Notes: generated by a model not told the origin, from the letters alone. Shown: positions 29,031 to 39,299, numbered from the stretch's first letter. The stretch is DNA of 64,000 bases from Desulfurococcaceae archaeon (GCA_038816475.1 JAWBAI010000002.1:96001-160000), one strand, 5' to 3'. A program made the numbers and translations.

Positions 29031-29726
29031 CTATTCTACTACAACAACCTGCATAGGTTGATTTTCGCTTTGACCTTTACTCTCCTGAGTTGCTAGTCCT
29101 ACAGCTGGGGACAAAGGTATTACCTCGAGAGACTCTATGAGGTCCAAGTGCTTCTTGAGAGACTCTTTTTCTTTGAGAAGAATTTCAAGAGTCTTCTTCA
29201 TGATATCTACTGCTAGTAAGTACGGTTTCTCTGGAATTTCACCAGCAAGGTAGCTTGTTTTAAGAGCAGCCATGGCTTTCTCAACTTCCGCGATCTGGTC
29301 TTCAACCTCGTGAATTCTCTTCCTCAGAGAGTCCTTAACCTCTTTCGACATAGCTTTTACACTCACGATTTCCGACTCGAGCTTTTTCTTAAATGCTTCA
29401 TATGCGTGTGTTGGAACCTCCTTCTTGGCGTAGAGGTCTTCTAGGGATGCAAGCCTGCTCTTAATTATCTTCAACCTGTTCTCAACAATTAGAGCCTTGT
29501 ACTCGTGCTCCGGAATTAGCACTACTGCTTCCGCAGTTATATTGAATCTTTCTATGGGTATCTCCTTGTACTCAACATCGTTGTAGTTTACTTCAAGCGA
29601 TGTTACTTTTCCATCTGCATTACTGTATATGCTGACAACGTAGCCCAGTCTTCTACCATAAGGATCCACAACAGGCTTACCTAGAACATCCACCAGCTTA
29701 CCAATGTCTGTGTACATATTATACAC
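29031..29726 (-). CDS. cdvA: Cell division protein CdvA
   Basis: N-terminal PRC barrel (GKPVVDPYGRRLG), coiled coil with LEDLYAKKEV and SYLAGEI, C-terminal E3B-like PMQVVVV. Confidence 0.85.
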   Translation of the reverse strand: MYNMYTDIGKLVDVLGKPVVDPYGRRLGYVVSIYSNADGKVTSLEVNYNDVEYKEIPIERFNITAEAVVLIPEHEYKALIVENRLKIIKSRLASLEDLYAKKEVPTHAYEAFKKKLESEIVSVKAMSKEVKDSLRKRIHEVEDQIAEVEKAMAALKTSYLAGEIPEKPYLLAVDIMKKTLEILLKEKESLKKHLDLIESLEVIPLSPAVGLATQESKGQSENQPMQVVVVE

Positions 29727-29788
29727 ACCACTTGTTTAATTCCTACGAGATTAGTTTTAAAAGGATGGGGGTTGAGAGCTAGCTACTA

Positions 29789-29847
29789 TCAGCAGCCTGG
29801 TTCCTGGCATAGCCCTCTGAGGGCTTCGCGCTTTTAACCTTCATCAC
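29789..29847 (-). ncRNA. Box C/D guide sRNA, probably tRNA-directed
   Basis: Minus strand GTGATGA-AGGTTAAAAGC-GCGA-(AGCCCT/AGGGCT hairpin)-...-AACCAGGCTG-CTGA. TATA-like TTTTTAAAG at 29872-29880. Confidence 0.72.
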
Positions 29848-29899
29848 CAACTTCATAAACTTAGACCTCTCCTTTAAAAACAAACTATGTGAAAAACTG

Positions 29900-30172
29900 A
29901 TGAATAGGGATAAAGCTATGAACGAAACCACCATAAGCAGAGTTCAGGAGCTGTTTTCAGCGTTAGCAGAATTCTTCTCTAAGCTTAGTGGAATAGGGCT
30001 ATGGTTCTTCATGGTCGGATTCTTCCTGCTCCTTCTACTAGCTGGAATCATACTGCTGAAAGCGCTCATAGCAGTACTAAAAATTATTCCCAATTTAACG
30101 GTTGGACAGTTCATTAAACTACTGCTAGTCGTAGCATTAGTACTAATGATCGCTGGTCTCTTCATTCCATAA
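29900..30172 (+). CDS. Small membrane protein (2 TM)
   Basis: Two hydrophobic stretches. Confidence 0.7.
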   Translation: MNRDKAMNETTISRVQELFSALAEFFSKLSGIGLWFFMVGFFLLLLLAGIILLKALIAVLKIIPNLTVGQFIKLLLVVALVLMIAGLFIP

Positions 30173-30195
30173 AACTGAAAGAGTTGAAAATACTT

Positions 30196-31527
30196 TTAGG
30201 GTTTTCTAGGGAACACCCTGAATCCAGGGTACTTCGGCTTCTCTAGCTCTTCGTATATTTCAAGTAACCTATTGTACTTGCACACTCGTTCTCCACGAGC
30301 TGGGGCTCCCGTCTTTATAAGCCCTGTTGATAGTCCGACCGCGATATCAGCTATGGATGTATCCTCTGTTTCACCACTTCTATGGCTTACGATCGCTCTG
30401 TAGTTGTTTTGCTTCGCCAGTTTAACAACCTCAGTGGTTTCTGTTAGCGTACCAATTTGATTTACTTTAACAAGTATAGCGTTTGCGGCTGAAACCTCTA
30501 TTCCCTTGCTAAGCCTCTTAATGTTAGTTGTAAATAGGTCATCTCCTACTATTAGTACCTTGGATCCCAAGCTTCTAGTTATGTACGCAAAACCCTCGAA
30601 ATCCTCCTCGTACAGTGGATCCTCTATGCTTACTATTGGATAATCTGCGGTAAGCTGCTCGTAAAACGATATGAGATCATACCTGGTTAGTTCACGACCT
30701 TCGCCCTCAAGTACGTACACACCTTTGTCTTCTCTGTAAAGCCTTGAACTTGCTACGTCTAAGGCTATCGCAATCTGATCACCAGGTACATAACCGGCTT
30801 TTTCAATAGCTTTAACCAATAGGTCTAGCGCATCTCTGGTTTTCTCTAGTGGAGGAGCATACCCTCCTTCATCACCAACGTTCACAGCCATTGGTCCATA
30901 CTTCTCCTTTAGTATCTGCCTTAAACTATGGTAAACCTCTACAGATGCTTTCAAAGCTACAGTGAAATCGTCAAACCCTGCAGGTACTATCATGAACTCC
31001 TGAAAATCAAGCTTGTTACCCGCGTGAACACCTCCATTGATGATATTTAGCATCGGTACCGGGATGAGGTCAGCTGCTTTACCGCCCAGGTACATATACA
31101 GTGGTAATCCGAGAGTGGAAGCTGCTGCTTTTGCTACTGCAAGGCTAGTTGCAACTATAGCGTTAGCTCCTAGTCTACTCTTGTTCTCTGTTCCATCGAT
31201 CTCTATCATCTTGTAGTCGATCTCGCACTGATGTGACGCGTTCATTCCAATGATAGCGGGCGCTATTATTCTGTTTACGTTTTCTACAGCTTTAGAAACC
31301 CCTTTTCCGAGGTAGTCCTTACCCCCATCCCTGAGCTCGAGAGCTTCGTGTTTACCTACGGATGCTCCGCTTGGGGCATACGCTACTCCTACTCCGTATC
31401 CTTCAGTAACTACTCTCACGCACACTGTTGGGTTTCCACGACTATCAAGAACCATTCTACCATGCACATCTCTTATTATTAGGGATTCCCACAGTATATC
31501 AAGTAGTGACATGGGATTCACCAGCAC
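30196..31527 (-). CDS. eno: Enolase
   Basis: [49 protein letters not shown]. Confidence 0.98.
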   Translation of the reverse strand: MLVNPMSLLDILWESLIIRDVHGRMVLDSRGNPTVCVRVVTEGYGVGVAYAPSGASVGKHEALELRDGGKDYLGKGVSKAVENVNRIIAPAIIGMNASHQCEIDYKMIEIDGTENKSRLGANAIVATSLAVAKAAASTLGLPLYMYLGGKAADLIPVPMLNIINGGVHAGNKLDFQEFMIVPAGFDDFTVALKASVEVYHSLRQILKEKYGPMAVNVGDEGGYAPPLEKTRDALDLLVKAIEKAGYVPGDQIAIALDVASSRLYREDKGVYVLEGEGRELTRYDLISFYEQLTADYPIVSIEDPLYEEDFEGFAYITRSLGSKVLIVGDDLFTTNIKRLSKGIEVSAANAILVKVNQIGTLTETTEVVKLAKQNNYRAIVSHRSGETEDTSIADIAVGLSTGLIKTGAPARGERVCKYNRLLEIYEELEKPKYPGFRVFPRKP

Positions 31528-31550
31528 ATCAACGCAGGTTACATGGCACT

Positions 31551-31856
31551 ATGATTACGCTGGGAGTTAATATTTTAGCATCATATCTGCTGTGGGTAGC
31601 GGTAACCTTAGTCTTCAAGAACAGGGTTAAGAAGATGCTCATATACGCGTTGTTCCCCTTCGCTCTGTACAGTGCTCCATGCGTTTACTATGCTTTAGCA
31701 GAACATAGCATGGTATACGCGTTACCAGTAGTTCTGTCCGCTTTAGTATTGGTCTATCATGCTGGAAAGGGTGAAAAGAACGCTTTTACCTCAACTATAA
31801 TACCCCTACCTCAAGTACTTACACTAGTGTACATAGCACTGGTGCATCCACTTTGA
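31551..31856 (+). CDS. Small membrane protein
   Basis: Hydrophobic ORF from ATG 31551 (the track start 31428 overlaps eno). TTGA-coupled to the next gene. Confidence 0.6.
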   Translation: MITLGVNILASYLLWVAVTLVFKNRVKKMLIYALFPFALYSAPCVYYALAEHSMVYALPVVLSALVLVYHAGKGEKNAFTSTIIPLPQVLTLVYIALVHPL

Positions 31857-32146
31857 CCACTGAGAAGTGTCCGAAGTGTGGTTCAAGTGACGTGAAAGTA
31901 GTTAAGACTTGGAACCTTGTTTCTCCACTACCCGATAAACTCGGAAGAATAACAATAACTGTTATGGGAGTACTTAAGTGCAACTCGTGTGGTTATAGCT
32001 GGAAGAGTACTGTGAGCAAGTTGAAAGTTGGTGGTGGTATTGAAGCTGAGAGCAAAAAAGGTCGGTTGGTAGTGGAGGAAGAGGATAAAACTCCCCCGAA
32101 GGAGATAGTTCTCGATATTGGTGATATACTTCAGGAGGAAGACTGA
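31853..32146 (+). CDS. Cren7-family chromatin protein, Zn-ribbon long form
   Basis: VVKTWNLVSP...ITVMGVLKC..CG..WK matches the Cren7 W/loop pattern, plus CPKC/CNSC and an acidic tail. Confidence 0.7.
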   Translation: MTTEKCPKCGSSDVKVVKTWNLVSPLPDKLGRITITVMGVLKCNSCGYSWKSTVSKLKVGGGIEAESKKGRLVVEEEDKTPPKEIVLDIGDILQEED

Positions 32147-32172
32147 GACCTACACGCAACGTAGTGTTCTAC

Positions 32173-34311
32173 CTAAAGTCTCCTTCGATCGTTCTTGGTG
32201 GTCTTTGATGCGTCCTTCAGAACAACGTACTGTATTACATCTTTGATGTACTCTCCTGTTGATTTAAGCTTCAGAAGCTTCTCCAAGTAATCCCTATACT
32301 GGATCTTCTTACGTGCAAACCATTCCTTGTATGCATCATTTAAAAGCGTGTGTGCACGATAGTGGTATTTACATAGTCCCTTAATGTACACGTCTCTCTT
32401 GCAATTGGGTATAATGCACTTTTCGTAGTTTTTCAGTAGGTCTAATCTTTTAGAGAGCATTTCCCCTACGTTAGCTAGGTTTGCATTGAATCTTTCGACG
32501 AGATCCTTGATAACTACTTTGGCACTTTCAATAACTTGTTCTCTTGTCTTACGCTTGTTCATCACCTCGTTTAACAATACTTCGAACTTTCTGGTTAGCT
32601 CAACGCTGGCAAGATCTGGGAAGAATCTGTCAACTACCTCTATTACTCCGTAACCGAGATCTGTTACATCTACACCTGACTTAGTAGCTATTAGGTACTT
32701 ACGGTCGAATAGCTTTTCTATGATAGGCGCTCTCGTGGATTCTGTTCCAATGCCAACATTCTCCATCCATCTCAAAACATCGATCTTCCTAAGTCTTGAT
32801 GGAGGTTTAGAGTACACTTCTCTTACTCTCACCTTAATGACTTCTACGATGTCTCCGCTACTTAGCTTAGGTAAAACTTTCTCACCGGGTTTATGGAATG
32901 GGTAGTATCTTAGCCAGCCGAGCGATTCCACGGTTAGCCCCGTTGCCTCGAACATGAACTCTTGACGAGGTGTAGAGAACACCATCTTTGTACGAGTAAT
33001 TACAGCTGGAGGTGCAAAAGCTGCAAAAAATCTTCTCACCACGAGATCGTATATTGCCCACTGTTTTTTCGTGAGAGACTTGGGTAGATAACCAGTCGGG
33101 TATATTGCAGGATGAGCCGGGTCTTCTTTTTCACCTTCAACAGGTTTTAGTACACCACGAGTTTCTATTAGAAGCCTCTGCACCAGGTTACTATACTGTT
33201 CTAAGCCCGAAAGTTTCAATAGAATTTCCCTGTAGTTAAGACCAGGAGGTAGCTTTTGACTATTCGTTCTTGGGTAACTTATCAAAGCTTCTAAGTACAG
33301 CTGTTCCGCTATGTTCTGAGTTTCCATTGGACTAAAGCCATATATCGCTGCCGCTTCCTCCTGAAGATCGCTGAGGTTAAAAGGTGGTGGAGGAGAGTAC
33401 GTGAACCTACTGGTTGAAACATCCCGTACCACCAGGTATCCATACTTACTTACTACTTGAGCTACTCGATTAGCTTCTTCACTATTGTTTATCGGGTTTG
33501 TGGTAAGCTCTGCTGTGAAAATCGCGTTGTTTTTTCTTAGAACAACGGAGATAACGTACTGCGGTAATGGTATGAACAGTTTTCTTTCAAGTGTTCTTTC
33601 AACTACGTACTTAAGTGTAGGAGTTTGCACACGGCCAACGCTCAGCACTACTCTGCTTCCAGTAACACTACGTACGGCTTTCATAAGAGCTCTGCTAATA
33701 TTTATACCCCAAAGCCAGTCAAGTTCATGCCTACAAAGCCCAGCCTCGATCATGTTGTAATCGAGGGGCAGAAGTCTGCTTAGTGAGCTCCTGAGCTCTG
33801 AAGGTACAAGACTCGAGAATTTTGCTCTGAAGGCTCTTTTTTCGTCACCCATGAACTTTATAATTAAGTACCCAATTACGCTGCCTTCTATGTCGTAATC
33901 GCATGCGTTGATGTAGTAGTCGCATCCTTTTGATAGGTGCTTAAGGAGTTCAAGGTAATCCTTAGTGTAGCGCTTATCCTCGTTAACCAAATACGCAGAT
34001 ATCCACTTGTACTCGAAAACAGGGTAATCATCAACATCGGTGTGAAGCCCGTAAAGGTGCCCCGCTGCGCTTGCAACTAGAATAGTGTTCACGCCGCTCT
34101 TGATCTCGTAGTATGGGATATTTTTGAACCTGTGTACAATGGGGTTCGCTGAAATGGCCTCAGCTATTTTTCTCGAAGCTTTAGGTTTTTCGGCTATAAT
34201 CAGTATTCTACCTTTCAGATCCCACAAGCTAACGAACTGACTTCTTTCTCGTTCTAAAGCCACTTTGTCTTTAACTAGCTTCATTACCTCACTTACCTGC
34301 TGACTGTTCAC
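32173..34311 (-). CDS. topA: Type IA DNA topoisomerase (TopA/Topo III)
   Basis: IAEKP, ACDYDIEG (Toprim), SVGRVQTPTL, ISYPRT (catalytic Tyr), GIGTESTR. Confidence 0.96.
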   Translation of the reverse strand: MNSQQVSEVMKLVKDKVALERERSQFVSLWDLKGRILIIAEKPKASRKIAEAISANPIVHRFKNIPYYEIKSGVNTILVASAAGHLYGLHTDVDDYPVFEYKWISAYLVNEDKRYTKDYLELLKHLSKGCDYYINACDYDIEGSVIGYLIIKFMGDEKRAFRAKFSSLVPSELRSSLSRLLPLDYNMIEAGLCRHELDWLWGINISRALMKAVRSVTGSRVVLSVGRVQTPTLKYVVERTLERKLFIPLPQYVISVVLRKNNAIFTAELTTNPINNSEEANRVAQVVSKYGYLVVRDVSTSRFTYSPPPPFNLSDLQEEAAAIYGFSPMETQNIAEQLYLEALISYPRTNSQKLPPGLNYREILLKLSGLEQYSNLVQRLLIETRGVLKPVEGEKEDPAHPAIYPTGYLPKSLTKKQWAIYDLVVRRFFAAFAPPAVITRTKMVFSTPRQEFMFEATGLTVESLGWLRYYPFHKPGEKVLPKLSSGDIVEVIKVRVREVYSKPPSRLRKIDVLRWMENVGIGTESTRAPIIEKLFDRKYLIATKSGVDVTDLGYGVIEVVDRFFPDLASVELTRKFEVLLNEVMNKRKTREQVIESAKVVIKDLVERFNANLANVGEMLSKRLDLLKNYEKCIIPNCKRDVYIKGLCKYHYRAHTLLNDAYKEWFARKKIQYRDYLEKLLKLKSTGEYIKDVIQYVVLKDASKTTKNDRRRL

Positions 34312-34327
34312 TGTGATTTTGACCTGT

Positions 34328-35473
34328 CTATGCGGTTATTGGAATTGGTGCTGTTAAAACCAGTAAAGCTATGTACGCTACAATACAGTAGTAGCATTTA
34401 GATTCATCGTACTGGTTCGCTACTCCAGGATGACCTCGCTTACCTAGTACCAAGTACAATACCAGAGCAACTACTCCTAGACCCAGGTAAATTGATGCTC
34501 CAAAACGCAGTAGTAGCAATAGTAGTCCTACTGAGAGTAGTGTTGCCGGTACAAGCATGCTAATGAAATTGAAAACCCTTGAACCAGTAATGCTTCTTAA
34601 AACGTGTCCTCCGTCCAGTTGACCTATTGGTAGTAAATTGAGAAACGTGATAAAGTATACAACGTAAGTAACAAAGAGAACAGGATGCAGTATTAGTACA
34701 TCTGTTGGTTTTAGTGGTCTAATCAGCGTAATTAAATAGAACCCGAGACTAGTGAAGTTCAGGCTTGTTAGAGCTCCCTCCTCGATCAGCCTTAAAGCTT
34801 CTCCATAGCTTATTGTAGGAGATAGAAAAACACCTAGCACACCAACCAGTGTTGCTGCCACGAAGCCGAATAACGGGCCAAACAAGCCCATTCTAGCAAG
34901 ATCTCGTCTAGAACATGGAGGAGTTTTTGCAAAGATCAACGCTCCGAACGTTCCCAAGAACCCTAGCTGTATAGGTGGAGCTGGAATTAGAACAGGTCCT
35001 TCGACGATAACACCTGATCTCCTACTTACATACAAGTGACCTACTTCGTGAACTAGCAGAACTAGTGAGAATAGTACAGCATACAGTACTGAGTTAAGAA
35101 GAGTGTAAGTGAAAGACGTAGGTCCTACAATGGCCGTAAGACTTTCCGCGAATCCGTACCCCGTGAGAAAAATTGTAGTGAAAGCTATTGCTGATAGAAC
35201 CCAGCGATACTTGATCAGGATCGATGACCTGTGAACGAATGGTATTAACCTGATAACAGGTTTTTCTGATTTGAGCTGAAAGGCAAGAACGTTATGAGCG
35301 TTTAAGAGTTCAATGTATATTTTTCTAAAAGTCTCAGAGCCGATGGGTTTATCAATGACCACGTCGACAAAGAATGTGTATTCCCTAAACTCTACGACTG
35401 ATACTCCAGCTTTCGAGAATAGATTCAAGATACTTTCTAATCTCTGGTGTAATGAGCTTTGAGACGGGTACAA
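34328..35473 (-). CDS. Site-2 protease (M50 family)
   Basis: LVHEVGH, GTFGA, NLLPIGQLDGGH, multiple TM. TTG start 8 nt after GGAGG. Confidence 0.9.
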   Translation of the reverse strand: MYPSQSSLHQRLESILNLFSKAGVSVVEFREYTFFVDVVIDKPIGSETFRKIYIELLNAHNVLAFQLKSEKPVIRLIPFVHRSSILIKYRWVLSAIAFTTIFLTGYGFAESLTAIVGPTSFTYTLLNSVLYAVLFSLVLLVHEVGHLYVSRRSGVIVEGPVLIPAPPIQLGFLGTFGALIFAKTPPCSRRDLARMGLFGPLFGFVAATLVGVLGVFLSPTISYGEALRLIEEGALTSLNFTSLGFYLITLIRPLKPTDVLILHPVLFVTYVVYFITFLNLLPIGQLDGGHVLRSITGSRVFNFISMLVPATLLSVGLLLLLLRFGASIYLGLGVVALVLYLVLGKRGHPGVANQYDESKCYYCIVAYIALLVLTAPIPITA

Positions 35474-35717
35474 CTTCGTAGCCTCCTCCTTCCTTCCACC
35501 TCAAAATAGACATGGGAAGAGCTGATTTTATTAATTCGATGATCGCCACGTACACCGGATCCTTAAACGGGATCTCATCTACGTTCACAAGAGGTGGAGC
35601 TCCCATTGCTAGCTGAAGGGCTCGAGCTCCTATTATGCGAGCTAGTTCAAAGCGAGTTAGTCTCTCACTAATAACTTCTCTGTATGTTCTCATTATGTTC
35701 TCTGTCATTGAAAGCAC
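35385..35717 (-). CDS. rpoK: RNA polymerase subunit Rpo6 (K)
   Basis: LTRFELARIIGARALQLAMGAP. Confidence 0.95.
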   Translation of the reverse strand: MLSMTENIMRTYREVISERLTRFELARIIGARALQLAMGAPPLVNVDEIPFKDPVYVAIIELIKSALPMSILRWKEGGGYEVVPVSKLITPEIRKYLESILESWSISRRV

Positions 35718-35822
35718 CGTGACTTAATATTAAAGCAGGAATATGATAAGGTAATTAAGGCTTAATAAGGCTGTTCAATATCAATTAAAAATCTTCTTGG
35801 TTTACCTATAGCATGTACCTAG

Positions 35823-37487
35823 CTAGAACTCGGGTCTCCCGAACTTTTCTTCTTCCTCTTTCTTCTCTTCCTTCTTCTCCTTCTCTTTCTTCATTGGACT
35901 AGCTGCTATGATGTCATCTATCTTCAGTATAGCAAGAGCGGCCTCTGCAGCAGTCTTTATCATTGCCTCCTTAACTAGCACTGGCTCGATCACGTTGCGC
36001 TCTGTCATGTCTTTTACTATTTCACCTGTTATTACGTCTATTCCAGCAAACTTCATTTCTTCAGCGTGAAGCTTCCTAAGCTCCATGAGTATCTCAAGTG
36101 GATCCTTACCACAGCTAGATGCAAGTATCATTGGTATCTCCTCTAGCGCGGCTGCAAAGGCTTCTATTGCTAGTTGCTCTTTTCCACCAACCTTTGACGC
36201 GTATTCTCTTAGCTTCATTGCTATTTCAATCTCAATTGCTCCTCCGCCAGCTACTATTTTTGGAACCCTTAGAACGTTTCTTAGAACGTTGAGAGCGTCT
36301 TTAACGCTTCTCTCAACCTCGTCCAGCACCATATCGCTGGCTCCGCGTATTAGTATTGTTACAGCCTTCGGGTTCTTGCATCCCTCAACGAACACCATTT
36401 TATCGTTACCAACCTTTCTTTCTTCTACGAGTTCAGCGTATCCCAGGTCTTCGGGCTTAAGATCCCTAATACTGCTCACAATCTTTCCTCCTGTTGCTCT
36501 CTCCAGCTTCTCGAGGTCACTTCTCTTGACTCTTCTAACGGCCAGAATACCCTTCTTAGCAAGGAAGTGCTGAGCAACCTCATCAATACCCTTCTGGCAT
36601 ATAACGACGTTTGCGCCAACCTCTGCGATCTTGTCAACCATTTCCTTGAGCAATCTTGCTTCCTCGTCTAGGAAGGCTTTTATCATATCTGGGCTTGTTA
36701 TGTTTATCTTAGCTGTTATCTCTGGTTTTTCAACCTCTAGTGCAGCGTCAAGTAGGGCAATCTTGGCTTTCTCAACTCTTCTAGGCATACCTGGATGAAC
36801 AACCTCCTTGTCGATTACAATACCGTATACTAGTTGAGTGTCGATTACGTGGCCACCTTTCTTCTTCTCGATCTTCACGTCATCTACTCTGAAGTCTCTT
36901 GTTCCATCGGGTTTAACCTCGGAAACTGTTAGTGCAGCATCTATTGCCATTTCAACAAGCTTGTTTGACACTACATCTCCGCCGATGTACTTGCTTGCAA
37001 TAGCTGTTCTAGCAATCTTTCTTAGTTGCTCACGGTCATTTATGTCAACGGGGTTCGCTATGGAGTGAAGTATGTTAATTGCTTCCTTGAGAGCTTTAGT
37101 GTATCCACTAATTATTATGCTTGGGTGTATGTCTTGATCTAATAGTTCCTCTGCTTTTGCCAGAAGGGTTCCAGCTAGAACCACTGCGCTGGTTGTACCA
37201 TCACCAACCTCGGCATCTTGAGCCTTTGCTACTTCCACGAGGAGCTTAGCTGCTGGATGCTGTACTTCCATTTCTTTAACTATTGTTGCACCATCGTTGG
37301 TGACTGTTACATCTCCAAAGCTATCAACAAGCATTTTGTCTAGTCCACGCGGACCTAAGCTCGTTTTCAAAACCTCCGCAAGTGCTTTTGCTGCTGCTAT
37401 GTTCGATCTTAACGCATCTCTTCCAACAGTTCTCTTGGTGCCTTCCTTCAGTATAAGTACAGGTATACCATATAGAGCCATATTCAC
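35823..37487 (-). CDS. ths: Thermosome (group II chaperonin) subunit
   Basis: [32 protein letters not shown]. Alpha vs beta not resolved. Confidence 0.97.
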   Translation of the reverse strand: MNMALYGIPVLILKEGTKRTVGRDALRSNIAAAKALAEVLKTSLGPRGLDKMLVDSFGDVTVTNDGATIVKEMEVQHPAAKLLVEVAKAQDAEVGDGTTSAVVLAGTLLAKAEELLDQDIHPSIIISGYTKALKEAINILHSIANPVDINDREQLRKIARTAIASKYIGGDVVSNKLVEMAIDAALTVSEVKPDGTRDFRVDDVKIEKKKGGHVIDTQLVYGIVIDKEVVHPGMPRRVEKAKIALLDAALEVEKPEITAKINITSPDMIKAFLDEEARLLKEMVDKIAEVGANVVICQKGIDEVAQHFLAKKGILAVRRVKRSDLEKLERATGGKIVSSIRDLKPEDLGYAELVEERKVGNDKMVFVEGCKNPKAVTILIRGASDMVLDEVERSVKDALNVLRNVLRVPKIVAGGGAIEIEIAMKLREYASKVGGKEQLAIEAFAAALEEIPMILASSCGKDPLEILMELRKLHAEEMKFAGIDVITGEIVKDMTERNVIEPVLVKEAMIKTAAEAALAILKIDDIIAASPMKKEKEKKEEKKEEEEKFGRPEF

Positions 37488-37525
37488 ACCTTTACACAGT
37501 CCTTAGTACGCTATTTAGAGGGGTT

Positions 37526-37540
37526 CTATAAAAATTTTAT
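37526..37540 (-). promoter_or_regulatory. BRE/TATA promoter of the thermosome gene
   Basis: Minus strand ATAAAATTTTTATAG about 40-55 nt upstream of the start. Confidence 0.5.
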
Positions 37541-37623
37541 TTACATGTTTATTTAAATAGATCATGTGAGAGTTTGTAACTCTGTATATTAAGGTCGGTC
37601 TGCTCATGATTTAATAGGCCTCG

Positions 37624-37980
37624 GTGCGATTCATGTATGAGTTGAAATCAAAAGAAGAATTCATAAGAGCTTTAAAAGGCAATGAGCTTGTGCTAATAGA
37701 GTACTATGAACCAGGCAACAAGGAGTGCGATGTAATGAACGAGTCCATGAAGGAGCTTGCTAAATACGCGGGACAAACAGTCCTATTCTGCAGGATCAAT
37801 GTAAGGGAACACCCCGAGATTGATAGTGTGAGTGATGTACCCGCGATTAGAGTATACTATAGGGGTGAACCGATATTCGAGCAGATCGGTAGTATGAGCA
37901 CTGTTGAACTAAATCTTAGAGTCGTTAGGAGAAGTATTAGAGAGGTATTTCGAGCAAGAAACATCCAAGTTAGAATTTAA
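37624..37980 (+). CDS. Thioredoxin-fold protein lacking CxxC
   Basis: LVLIEYYEPGNKECDVM...FCRINVREHP...VPAIRVYYRGE. First Cys of CxxC absent. Confidence 0.75.
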   Translation: MRFMYELKSKEEFIRALKGNELVLIEYYEPGNKECDVMNESMKELAKYAGQTVLFCRINVREHPEIDSVSDVPAIRVYYRGEPIFEQIGSMSTVELNLRVVRRSIREVFRARNIQVRI

Positions 37981-37990
37981 GCTAGCTTGG

Positions 37991-38986
37991 TTACACTTGC
38001 AAATCGCGTGAGTTAACTTCTTCGATAATTCTAGATATTTCCGGCTTCCTGAGGTATACAATGTAAACAACGTGGTTTTCCAGCATAGCCCGTCGTGAAC
38101 GTGGATGATATATGCCTTTCTCTGCTAGTAAAACGTATCCAAACTGCAGTACCTCGTTTAACTCAGCAACGCTGGCCGTTTTCAAGTACATATTGAACTT
38201 CTCGTCGAAGCCGAGCACTGCTCTTAGGTAATCTTCTGGTACAATGTAGTTGCATATTAAGCAACATCTATCTGGTGCTATAGCGTTAAAACAGCATTTT
38301 GGACAAGTTACAAACCCGCGTCCTCTATTCGTGTTCCATACATGCCTTAAGATGTCAACTAGTTCCTCCATTCCGTAGAGTACTGAGAGCTTGTACAGTT
38401 TTCCGGTTTCTGAGAGTAGTGCTTTGCCCCCATTTGTAATAATGTACTCTAGTTGTTGAGGTGTTGGTTTCTCGATTAGTTCTAGTAGTCTAGCAACAAC
38501 ATGTTCAAATAGTGATTTCTGATTTCTCTTGATCTTCTTGATAACGGCTTCTGGGTCGGGTTTACTGCTGTACCCTGATGCTATGAGCTCTACGATTTCT
38601 CTTGCGAATTCAAATGCTTGATCTCTGCTCATTCCAAGTATTGTGGTAAATCCGAAAATCGCATCAACGTGTTCAAACACTGCCTCTGTAAGATTACCAA
38701 CATCGATTGTTTTCGTTTTTCTTGTTTTTTTCTTAGTTACCTTGACAGTTGTGGTTGCTGTTGTAGTCTCCATTGTGCGGTGAACAACAGTGGGTTGTTC
38801 TTTCTTTTGCTTTTTTGCTCTCCCTGAAGCAAAGTTTTTTCTTGCTGATTGATCTTCAACTCTAGAAGACTCTTGTTCATCACGGCCGCGTTTCTTTCTT
38901 GGAATGTTTACCCCCTTGATTAAGGTTAGTCTTAAATAAGTTAAGGGATTTGAGTTACAGGGCGGGTACTTCCTCGCCTCCTTCAA
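37991..38986 (-). CDS. Hypothetical protein with basic/Thr-rich N-terminus and Zn ribbon
   Basis: CPKC...CLICNY and low-complexity TTTATTTVKVTKKKTRKTK. Real start may be ATT 38905. Confidence 0.75.
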   Translation of the reverse strand: MKEARKYPPCNSNPLTYLRLTLIKGVNIPRKKRGRDEQESSRVEDQSARKNFASGRAKKQKKEQPTVVHRTMETTTATTTVKVTKKKTRKTKTIDVGNLTEAVFEHVDAIFGFTTILGMSRDQAFEFAREIVELIASGYSSKPDPEAVIKKIKRNQKSLFEHVVARLLELIEKPTPQQLEYIITNGGKALLSETGKLYKLSVLYGMEELVDILRHVWNTNRGRGFVTCPKCCFNAIAPDRCCLICNYIVPEDYLRAVLGFDEKFNMYLKTASVAELNEVLQFGYVLLAEKGIYHPRSRRAMLENHVVYIVYLRKPEISRIIEEVNSRDLQV

Positions 38987-39254
38987 TAGCTTGTGCGATC
39001 AAGTAGCTTAGTACTAGCTTAGCAAAGTTTTTCTTGGACCTTAGCTTCGTCAGGTAGTTTACGATGTCGTCGAGTGTAGCGTTCCCTCCGTACACCTCCT
39101 GCTTTATAAACTTAGCAATCGAGTACAGTATTTTCTCGTAATCGTAATCCGTCTCTACTTTGTCACCATAGTACTTGTCTACAATTTCGCTAACAATGTC
39201 TCCAATAACGCTTTCGACAGCATCAAGCATTTTTCTCCGATACTGACTTTTCAT
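38955..39254 (-). CDS. Hypothetical protein
   Basis: 99-aa helical ORF downstream of the phosphatase. Confidence 0.7.
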   Translation of the reverse strand: MKSQYRRKMLDAVESVIGDIVSEIVDKYYGDKVETDYDYEKILYSIAKFIKQEVYGGNATLDDIVNYLTKLRSKKNFAKLVLSYLIAQAIEGGEEVPAL

Positions 39255-39299
39255 CTTTCTGCCCCATTGTAGTTGGGATAAAAATAGAAGCTTATAACC

